This document shows positions 20,640 through 28,668 of a stretch of DNA of 64,000 bases, piece by piece. The translations under genes were made by a program, and so were the position numbers. How positions within the stretch are numbered: the first letter of the stretch is position 1; every line of letters starts with the position of its first letter. Below the pieces are notes generated by a model, which saw nothing but the letters and a program-made list of their open reading frames with translations, did no database searches and had not been told where the DNA came from. Source of the stretch: Candidatus Hydrogenedentota bacterium (GTDB lineage: Bacteria > Hydrogenedentota > Hydrogenedentia > Hydrogenedentales > CAILVY01); the NCBI GenBank assembly GCA_029565395.1, contig JAKQOG010000048.1, forward strand, positions 206-64,205. The letters are read 5' to 3'.

Positions 20640-22178
20640 ATGAAACTCCGCAGAAAAAAACCGGCTCCACATGTAACCCTGATCCAATCCACGGCGCTTG
20701 TGCTTTTGCGCGTCGCCATTGGCTGGCACTTCCTGTACGAAGGCATTTCCAAACTCCTTACGCCAGGTTGGTCCGCCGAAGGCTATCTCCGCGGCTCCCG
20801 CTGGATATTCGCCGAGACCTTCACCAAAATGGCGTCGGATCCCACCCAGCTCTTTGTCGTCAATCAACTCAATAAATGGGGCCTCATGCTGATCGGACTG
20901 TGTCTCGTGCTGGGCCTTTTCTCCCGTCTTGTCAGTTTGCTTGGCGCGGTGCTTGTGTTGTTTTATTACGCCGCGTATCCCCCCTTGTTTCTTGGTGACT
21001 TCGGAACGGTGCGCGAGGGAAGTTATCTCATCGTGGACAAGAACCTTGTCGAGATCCTTGCCCTATGCGTGCTGATGCTCTTCCCCACGGGCCGGTATGC
21101 CGGATTGGACAGCTTCCTCGCCCGCAGAAAAAAGACAGCGGCAGTAGTTCCGGTAATATCGGGCCCGGCAGGCATGGCGCCCATGAGTCCGCCGCCGCCC
21201 GCGCCGGATCGGCGTGCATTTGTTCAAGGCATCGCCACGTTGCCATTCATGGTGGCCTTCGGCGCGGCCTTGGTCCGCAAGCGCTCTTTAATCAGCCATG
21301 AAGAAAAGGATCTTGTGGACGCGGTGAGCAGCGCCACGATAAAAACATTCAACTTTGCATCGCTTAAGGATCTGAAGGGCGAGATTCCCAAGGCGGCTAT
21401 CGGCTCCAAGCAGTTCAGCCGCGTGATTCTCGGAGGCAACCTGATAGGCGGCTGGGCCCATGCCCGTGATCTGATCTATGTGTCCAAGCTGGTCAAGGCC
21501 TATCACCATCGCGACAAGATTTTTGAAACCTTTATGCTTGCGGAGCAGTGCGGCATCAACGCTATTTTGACCAATCCCATCCTGTGCGGAACCATTAACG
21601 AATACTGGCGGCAAGGACTGGGCAAAATTCAATTTATCTCCGATTGTGGCGGCGAGGATTTGCTCGAGCGCGTCACACAGTCCATCGACAAAGGCGCGGC
21701 CGCCTGCTATGTACAGGGCGCTACCGCGGACCGGCTCGCCGCGGAGGGCAAGTTCGATCTCATTGCGCAGGCCCTCGACCGTATCCGCGCGAATGGGTTG
21801 CCCGCGGGCATTGGCGGCCATGATGTCATCACCGTCCGCGCCTGTGCGGATAAAGGGCTGAAGCCCGATTTCTGGATGAAAACAGTGCACCCGAAAACGT
21901 ATTGGTCCGCGCGGCATCCCGAAGAAAACGACAATGTCTTTTGCAAGGAACCGGAGGAGACCATCGCCTTCATGAAGGACCGGCAGGAACCCTGGATCGC
22001 TTTCAAGATCCTGGCGGCGGGCGCCATCGACCCGAAAGAGGGATTCCGCTACGCCTTCGAGAATGGCGCGGACTTTATCTGTGTCGGTATGTACGACTTT
22101 CAAATGGTCGAGAATGCCAACCTTGCATTGGAATTGCTCAACGGCAACCTTACGCGGCCGCGCCGCTGGAGCGCGTAA
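20640..22178 (+). CDS. DoxX family membrane domain fused to an aldo/keto-reductase-like TIM barrel
   Basis: 'LLRVAIGWHFLYEGISK' and 'IVDKNLVE' DoxX-type region; C-terminal 'SRVILGGN...PWIAFKILAAG...GADFICVGM'. Confidence 0.75.
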   Translation: MKLRRKKPAPHVTLIQSTALVLLRVAIGWHFLYEGISKLLTPGWSAEGYLRGSRWIFAETFTKMASDPTQLFVVNQLNKWGLMLIGLCLVLGLFSRLVSLLGAVLVLFYYAAYPPLFLGDFGTVREGSYLIVDKNLVEILALCVLMLFPTGRYAGLDSFLARRKKTAAVVPVISGPAGMAPMSPPPPAPDRRAFVQGIATLPFMVAFGAALVRKRSLISHEEKDLVDAVSSATIKTFNFASLKDLKGEIPKAAIGSKQFSRVILGGNLIGGWAHARDLIYVSKLVKAYHHRDKIFETFMLAEQCGINAILTNPILCGTINEYWRQGLGKIQFISDCGGEDLLERVTQSIDKGAAACYVQGATADRLAAEGKFDLIAQALDRIRANGLPAGIGGHDVITVRACADKGLKPDFWMKTVHPKTYWSARHPEENDNVFCKEPEETIAFMKDRQEPWIAFKILAAGAIDPKEGFRYAFENGADFICVGMYDFQMVENANLALELLNGNLTRPRRWSA

Positions 22179-22249
22179 TCTTCGGAAGTTGAAAGGACAT
22201 CGTAGCTACTTCCGGTAGGACGATGTATCCAGATCATGGCCTTGTGTTT

Positions 22250-22300
22250 CGGGATCCGGGGTCCGGGATCCGGGGTCCGGACCCCGGATCCCGGACCCCG
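22250..22300. repeat. Heptamer tandem repeat forming a perfect 44-bp palindrome (22257-22300)
   Basis: cggggtc cgggatc cggggtc cg gaccccg gatcccg gaccccg equals its own reverse complement; one extra cgggatc unit lies 5' of it. Confidence 0.9.
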
Positions 22301-22302
22301 TT

Positions 22303-23694
22303 CTAATCTTCCGGCCTTTCATGTCCCGGCGACATCTTCACCAAGCGCGGGAAAAACCGGGCGAGTTTTTCCACCAGGTCCTCTTGGCTGCGCATGACGT
22401 CGTCGATGTCTTTATAGACCATCGGGACTTCGTCGAGTCCTGCTTCCATTAGGGTGACACCGCGGTCTTTCAGTATTTTCGCGGCCTCTTTCCAGGAGAA
22501 TGTTTTTTTTGCTTGTGTGCGGCTCATTACGCGGCCCGCGCCGTGCGAGGCGGAATTCAAGGATTCCGGATTGCCTTTGCCGCGCACGACGTATGCAGGG
22601 GTGGCCATCGAACCGGGGATGATGCCCAGCATTCCTTTCCCGGCGGGGGTTGCACCCTTGCGATGCACGATCACCGTTTCGCCGTCGTGCATTTCCTTCC
22701 ATGCAAAATTGTGGTGGTTCTCGATATCGAGCAGCACGCGCACGCCCAAGTGCTGGGCGATGTGCCGGTGGATGCAGGCATGATTCGCCGCGGCATATTC
22801 ACCCATGAGTTGCATCGCCGCCCAATATTCCTGACCTTCATGCCGGTCCATGTCCAACCACGCAAGATGATGGAGTTCGCGCGGCAATTCCGGATGCTGC
22901 CGCTGCGCGGTTTTGCTGTAATGTTCGCAGACCAGCGCGCCCGTGCCCCGGCTGCCGCTGTGCGTGAGCAGGGCAAGATACGCGCCTGGCGCCAAGCCAA
23001 GATCCTGGGAGAAGATCTCCAGCGTGCCGAATTCCACAAAATGGTTGCCGCTGCCGCTTGTACCAAGCTGCGACCACGCCTTGTCCTTGTGTTCGCGTGT
23101 TACGGGCGACACGGCCCAATCGCGATCCATCACGGGATGTGAGCGGCGGTTTTGGAAACACGATCCCACGCCGAAGCGCGTTTCCTTATCTATCGCGGTT
23201 TTGAGCAGGTCCTCGTGTTTGTCCAGCGTGTTCACCGGCAGATCCAACACGGACATTTTCATCCGGCAGGCAATGTCCACGCCCACGGCGAAAGGGATCA
23301 CCGCATTGCGCGTGGCCAGCACCCCTCCGATGGGCAGGCCATAACCCACATGCGCGTCGGGCATGAGCGCGCCTTTCATTGAAATCGGCAGCGAACACGC
23401 ATTCTCCATCTGCTGGATCGATTTCGGATCCAAATCGCGGCCCCACTGACGGTATGGCGCGAGATGTGAAGGATGCAGCGCGCCCGCCGCGGGATGCGGT
23501 CCTGCCAGCGATACCGCCAACTCGCCAAATGTGGCGTCCATCGTGTGCGCCCCCGGATTGCGCAACAGAATCCGCAGATGCTTCCGGATGTGCTTTGCAT
23601 GCAGGCCCGATTGCGCCGCGCGCTGAATGGTCCGCCGCGCCACCTCCATCGCGTGCGCCGGCACGCCCATTTGTGTCAATTCTTTATCCTTCAT
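22303..23694 (-). CDS. rtcB: RtcB family RNA 3'-phosphate/5'-OH ligase
   Basis: MPDAHVGYGLPIGG, VGVDIAC, LGTSGSGNHFVE, HSGSRG, HHN, HRKGAT, PGSM, HGAGR, DEVPMVYK motifs. Confidence 0.95.
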   Translation of the reverse strand: MKDKELTQMGVPAHAMEVARRTIQRAAQSGLHAKHIRKHLRILLRNPGAHTMDATFGELAVSLAGPHPAAGALHPSHLAPYRQWGRDLDPKSIQQMENACSLPISMKGALMPDAHVGYGLPIGGVLATRNAVIPFAVGVDIACRMKMSVLDLPVNTLDKHEDLLKTAIDKETRFGVGSCFQNRRSHPVMDRDWAVSPVTREHKDKAWSQLGTSGSGNHFVEFGTLEIFSQDLGLAPGAYLALLTHSGSRGTGALVCEHYSKTAQRQHPELPRELHHLAWLDMDRHEGQEYWAAMQLMGEYAAANHACIHRHIAQHLGVRVLLDIENHHNFAWKEMHDGETVIVHRKGATPAGKGMLGIIPGSMATPAYVVRGKGNPESLNSASHGAGRVMSRTQAKKTFSWKEAAKILKDRGVTLMEAGLDEVPMVYKDIDDVMRSQEDLVEKLARFFPRLVKMSPGHERPED

Positions 23695-23843
23695 TTTTCA
23701 CCATTTTCTGAGTTCGGGCCCTATAGTTCCGGACGGCCTTCTTTCTATCATGAACACCACAAACGGCACAATCTACTTCCGGGTGGGAGATTTTTTGCGG
23801 AAGTGCAATCTGTTTAGGTTCAGAGGTTTGTTTTTGGGGACAA

Positions 23844-26800
23844 TCAAAGCCCCGGGCAGAATCCGTCTTCGGTGCCTTCGCCGGGGCAGTAGTGATACCC
23901 GCCGGAATTGAAGAACTGGATCACGCGCAGCAATTCGGACAAGCTGATGTGCCAGTCTTGGGCATTGTAATCGCTATCATATGGCGCACAACTTGTATCG
24001 CCCGGACCGGGCGCGTAGCCGTCTTCCGTGCCCGCTTCACAATGGAATCCGTCTGAATTGAAGAATTGGATTACACGGAGCAGTTCCGAAAGGTTGATAA
24101 AACCATCCTGGTCTTGATCGGGCGTCAGATATCCGTCTTCGCCTTCTCCTTCCTCGCCACCTTCTTCTCCCCCTTCGCCTTCAGCAATACCCTCTTCTCC
24201 TCCTTCACCCTCTGGGGCGCCTTCGCCTTCTTCCACGCCTTCGGCCTGACCCTCCTCCGGCGAACCTTCGGAGGGCACGCCTTCAGTTTCTCCTTCTTCC
24301 ACGGCCCCTTCTCCTTCCTCTCCGCCTGGAACAGGGTATGGCGCACTGAAGACGGATGTGTTGCCGTCACTGGCCGTAGCCGTGGCGGTGATGTTCATTC
24401 CGGCATAGGGTGTTATGTCCACATCTAAATGGAAATTTCCGGAGCCATCCGACGAAGCCGCGCCGAGAAAAATGCGGCCTTCATCCTCATCATCCGCGAA
24501 TGCTTCAATCGTGGCCAATGCAATGCTTGTGCCGTCGATGGAACCCAATGCAGTAATGACCGGGGCCGGAACATTGTTATTGGCGCCTGGGAGCAATTCT
24601 ATGCCCAAGCCGCCATTTGAATAGATGGAGTTGCCCGAAATACGAACATACAAAACAGTTTCCTCGAGATACACGCCTGCGGCATAATTAAAAGCAATCG
24701 TATTGCCTTCTCCGGGGGTGGTTCCACCGATTGTATTGTCCTCGGCATGCCAACCCGCTTGCACACCCCAACTCTGCGGATTCCCGGAGGGCGCGCCGGT
24801 TCCCAGGGCATTCGGTCCAATCCAATTGCCCTGTACCTTATTCCCTGTTACATTCGCTCCCATTAGCCGGACACCACAACTCCCGTTGCCGGAGATTAGG
24901 TTCCGCCACCAGGAAAGTCCGCCGCCGATGAGATTGTTGGTGGCTTCTTCAACAATCGACACTCCTGCAAGCTCGTTGGCGATCGCCATCATGCCACTGG
25001 CATCCGTGCCGATATAATTGCCTTGCACGGCGCAATCATGCCCATCCACTCCGGAGATCCGAATGCCGTAAAAGCACCCGGAGATAATATTGCGGTAGCC
25101 TATGTTTTCCCCGCCGATCTGGGTTTGCGGCGCCATTACGTCAATCCCCGTGGCATACTGCACGGCCAAGGCGGACGCTCCATCTTTGTCCAAGCCAATA
25201 TAATTCCCGTAAATCATGTTGCCCATGCCGGCGGCGCCATCGATCAGAATTTCACCTCCGCCGGCATTGCCTGCAATGATATTGCCGCTTGTCTCCGATT
25301 CCCCGCCGATCACGTTACCCGGAGAACCATTAATCCAGACGCCATAATACCCATTGCCCATCGCCGCCATGCCCGTGGCGTCCACCCCAATGTAGTTTCC
25401 TAAAATTTCCGTGGCGGTGGCGGAGGAACCAACATGGACCCCCGCTGAGCTGTTGCCGGAAATAATATTGCCACTGAGTCCGTCTCCCCCGCCGATGATA
25501 GTGCCTGAACCATCGGCCACATATATGCCCACGGCGTTTGGCATGCTGGAGGTTCCATCGGTGCCGAGCGTGCATTCCGCGACCGTGTTATTGTTGCCGC
25601 TGATGTTCACACCCGCATAGGGGAAATTCACAATCCCAAGGCCACGCACTTCATTTCCGTCCGAGAGCAGCACAAGACCGTTGTCCGAACCGGAGAGGCC
25701 CGACCCATCTAGAACTATTTGGCCGGCCCCATTAATAACCGTAGGGGCTGAGCTGTCATTCAGCGCCGGGAGCGCCGAACTGAGCGTTATCGTGACGGTT
25801 TTCGACAGATCGAAGACGATTGTGTTTTCGCCGGTCATGGCATTAGCCTGCTCTATGGCCGCTCGAAGCGTATGCGGGCCGCTGTCGCCGGAGTCCGTCA
25901 CGGTGATTGTGGCATCAAAAAAGATGGCCGCGGGCGCGCTGAAGGCGGACGTGCAACCGGTGGTGGTGTCCGTGGCCAGGGCGGTGACATTCAGTCCGTT
26001 ATAGGGCAATAAATCCACATCCACATGAAAATCGCCGGTGTCTTCGGCTATGGCCGTCCCGATAAACAAGCGCCCTTCGTCTGCTTCATCAACGAAGACA
26101 TCCACCAGCGCATAGGGGGGCGCGGTTCCATCCACCGAACCGAGCGTGGTGATAACCGGCGCGGCGATATCGCCGTTGGTTCCGGGATCAAGCACAATGC
26201 CCTCTTCCGTATTGTCATGTATGGAATTGCGGAGAATGCTGATCCCGGTGCTTCCATCGCGAACCCATACGCCTTTGCTTCCATTGAACGCAATGATGTT
26301 GGCGGCGCCGTCTTCCGCGCCGCCGATAACATTCTGACTTGCGTGGTCGGTCAAATACACGCCTATGGAACCATTGGGCAACGGATTACTTCCCGAAACA
26401 TCGCACCCGATTTTGTTCCCCTTTACCACATTGTTGGCCGTATCCGTGGTGAAGATGATAATTCCAAAATTACTGTTGCCGGAAATCAGATTTCCCGCAC
26501 CTGCGGCAGTGCCGCCAATCATGCACATTTGGGCGCCTGATTCCACCGCCACCCCTGACCGGTTTGGAACCGATAGCATGCCGCTGATGTCCGTGCCGAT
26601 ATAATTCCCTTGAAGGAAATTGCTGGAGGAAACAAGATCAATGCCTTCTTCCGAATTGCCTGATATCAGATTCCCATGCCCCGCCACCCCGTCGCCAATG
26701 TGATTGCCGCTGGACCCTGAGTCCACCACGATCCCGTTTTGCCCGTTGGCTAGCGAGGCTGTCCCTTCCCGGTTTGTGCCGATGCGGTTTCCGAAAACGC

Positions 26801-28493
26801 TGTTACCGCTGCTGTTGCGGATTAAGATGCCTTCCACGGCATTCCCCGAAATCAGGTTGCCCTCCGTCTCGAACGCCCCTCCAAGGGTATTGCTGCCGGA
26901 TTCTTCCACCATAATTCCATGGCTCGAATTCAAAATCGCGGAGACTCCCGTCATATCCGTCCCGATGGAATTCCCCTGAATCACCGCGCTCATGTCTCCC
27001 CCCGCTCCATACAGATAAATACCTTGATTGGTATTTCCTGAAATAAGATTCCCGTCGTTTTCTCCCGTGCCGCCGATGATAGAGGCTTGCGCATTGTCAA
27101 GGTAAATACCGGCTCCGCCGTTTGGAATAGCAGTGGTCCCGTCAGGATTGGTTCCGATGAGACACCCCCGCACAGTATTGCCCGTCGAGGCGATGTTCTC
27201 TATCCAAACGCCGTTGCCCGTGTTGCCGGAGATGATGTTGCGCAACACTGTCCCATCCACCGCCACCTCCAGAACATTGTTGGAGCCGTTATCGATGTGC
27301 ATGCCTGCGCCGCCATTGGGCACATCCGTGGTTCCATCGGCACTGAGACCGATAATGTTGTTGGTGAAAGTATTCGTCTGAGCGCCCCCGTTGATCAGCA
27401 CGCCGTCTTCAGCATTGCCGGAGATAACGTTGCCTTCCACGCTGGCGCCGCTTGACCCGCTCAGCACCAGGCCGCTCATCGCATTTTCCAGGTCGCCCGT
27501 GGCGTCGGCGCAGTTCCCGATGAGATTGCCGGAAATGGCGGCCCCATCGATGCCACCGAGGATAATCCCATGGCCGAGGTTGCCCACAATAATGTTGTCA
27601 CTGATGGAACAAGATCCTTCTTCTACCGAAACTCCATGGCTGCCATTGCCAAGCGGGCTGCTGCCATTCGCGGTTAATCCAATGTAATTGTTCTGAATGG
27701 TTATATTGGTGCTGGCGGCGCCGGATACGCTTATCCCTTCCATTGTATTGCCGGAAATCACGTTCCCCGCCGCGCTGCTGGTTCCGCCTATCCGGACACT
27801 GGGCGCGTCCGCCAGTTGAACACCTGGGCCACCGTTCGGAACTGCGCTCCCTCCTGTAGCGGTGGCGCCGATATAATTACCGTAGATATTGATGGCGCCC
27901 GTACTGGAGGTGACGTATACCCCAGCGTTCGTATTGCCGCTTATGATATTCCGCTCACTTGAAGTACTCCCCCCTAACGTGGCCCGCCCGCCCGTGATGG
28001 AAACACCCCAGCCATTGGCTATCACAAAACGGCCATCATAGCCGATCAGGCAACCGGTCACCACGTTGTATGATCCGCCGATCACAATACCCGACTTCTG
28101 GAATCCGCCGATAATAAGCCCGTTAATAACATTCGTATTGGAACTTAGGATCAAGCCATGACTGTTGCCGGCGGAGGCGCCATTCAAGGTAATTATCCCT
28201 CCTCCATTTATCGTGGTCCCGCCCGAGGAGTCGTCCAACGCCGGAAGTTCGGAAGTGAGATTGATAATGCGATCTCCCTCTGGAAGATTAAACACGATGG
28301 TATCCGCGCCTGCAAGCAAATTGGCAGATCCAATGCATTTGCGCAGGGTTGGGTTGATAACCCCGTCTCCGGAGTCGGTCACGGTAAATGTGGCCGCCTG
28401 CGCCCAACTCCCCACAAACAACAACAGCATTACACCCGCAACAAATTGTTTTCCCCATCCAAGCCCTTTTCGCCCATTAGCCGCTTTGTTCAT
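23844..28493 (-). CDS. Secreted right-handed beta-helix protein (two modules) with EGEG linker and dockerin-like tag
   Basis: Start moved to MNKAANG after AAAGGA; signal peptide ending AQA; many 'GNxIG/NxISGN' repeats; two 'TVTDSGD...TLR..I..AN' starts; C-terminal tag. Confidence 0.9.
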   Translation of the reverse strand: MNKAANGRKGLGWGKQFVAGVMLLLFVGSWAQAATFTVTDSGDGVINPTLRKCIGSANLLAGADTIVFNLPEGDRIINLTSELPALDDSSGGTTINGGGIITLNGASAGNSHGLILSSNTNVINGLIIGGFQKSGIVIGGSYNVVTGCLIGYDGRFVIANGWGVSITGGRATLGGSTSSERNIISGNTNAGVYVTSSTGAINIYGNYIGATATGGSAVPNGGPGVQLADAPSVRIGGTSSAAGNVISGNTMEGISVSGAASTNITIQNNYIGLTANGSSPLGNGSHGVSVEEGSCSISDNIIVGNLGHGIILGGIDGAAISGNLIGNCADATGDLENAMSGLVLSGSSGASVEGNVISGNAEDGVLINGGAQTNTFTNNIIGLSADGTTDVPNGGAGMHIDNGSNNVLEVAVDGTVLRNIISGNTGNGVWIENIASTGNTVRGCLIGTNPDGTTAIPNGGAGIYLDNAQASIIGGTGENDGNLISGNTNQGIYLYGAGGDMSAVIQGNSIGTDMTGVSAILNSSHGIMVEESGSNTLGGAFETEGNLISGNAVEGILIRNSSGNSVFGNRIGTNREGTASLANGQNGIVVDSGSSGNHIGDGVAGHGNLISGNSEEGIDLVSSSNFLQGNYIGTDISGMLSVPNRSGVAVESGAQMCMIGGTAAGAGNLISGNSNFGIIIFTTDTANNVVKGNKIGCDVSGSNPLPNGSIGVYLTDHASQNVIGGAEDGAANIIAFNGSKGVWVRDGSTGISILRNSIHDNTEEGIVLDPGTNGDIAAPVITTLGSVDGTAPPYALVDVFVDEADEGRLFIGTAIAEDTGDFHVDVDLLPYNGLNVTALATDTTTGCTSAFSAPAAIFFDATITVTDSGDSGPHTLRAAIEQANAMTGENTIVFDLSKTVTITLSSALPALNDSSAPTVINGAGQIVLDGSGLSGSDNGLVLLSDGNEVRGLGIVNFPYAGVNISGNNNTVAECTLGTDGTSSMPNAVGIYVADGSGTIIGGGDGLSGNIISGNSSAGVHVGSSATATEILGNYIGVDATGMAAMGNGYYGVWINGSPGNVIGGESETSGNIIAGNAGGGEILIDGAAGMGNMIYGNYIGLDKDGASALAVQYATGIDVMAPQTQIGGENIGYRNIISGCFYGIRISGVDGHDCAVQGNYIGTDASGMMAIANELAGVSIVEEATNNLIGGGLSWWRNLISGNGSCGVRLMGANVTGNKVQGNWIGPNALGTGAPSGNPQSWGVQAGWHAEDNTIGGTTPGEGNTIAFNYAAGVYLEETVLYVRISGNSIYSNGGLGIELLPGANNNVPAPVITALGSIDGTSIALATIEAFADDEDEGRIFLGAASSDGSGNFHLDVDITPYAGMNITATATASDGNTSVFSAPYPVPGGEEGEGAVEEGETEGVPSEGSPEEGQAEGVEEGEGAPEGEGGEEGIAEGEGGEEGGEEGEGEDGYLTPDQDQDGFINLSELLRVIQFFNSDGFHCEAGTEDGYAPGPGDTSCAPYDSDYNAQDWHISLSELLRVIQFFNSGGYHYCPGEGTEDGFCPGL

Positions 28494-28668
28494 GAAATTG
28501 ATCCTTTCGTTCCCACGCATTAACCCTTGGGATACTCCTCTGCGATGTGATTTTTCTTCCCTGCCCGCCAGATAAACCGCCCTTCCGGCGGACAGGCAGT
28601 TATTGAACTCATAATACTCCATCTTTTCCCCAAAGCGAAATATTTTCTTGCGGCAGAAGAGAGTGTTT

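Noticed and set aside
28494..28622. Longest-ORF starts from the track (also 3837, 16995, 35360, 38685, 40322, 46009, 62131)
   Set aside because: Downstream starts have better SD sequences, or put the signal peptide or family N-terminus at position 1.
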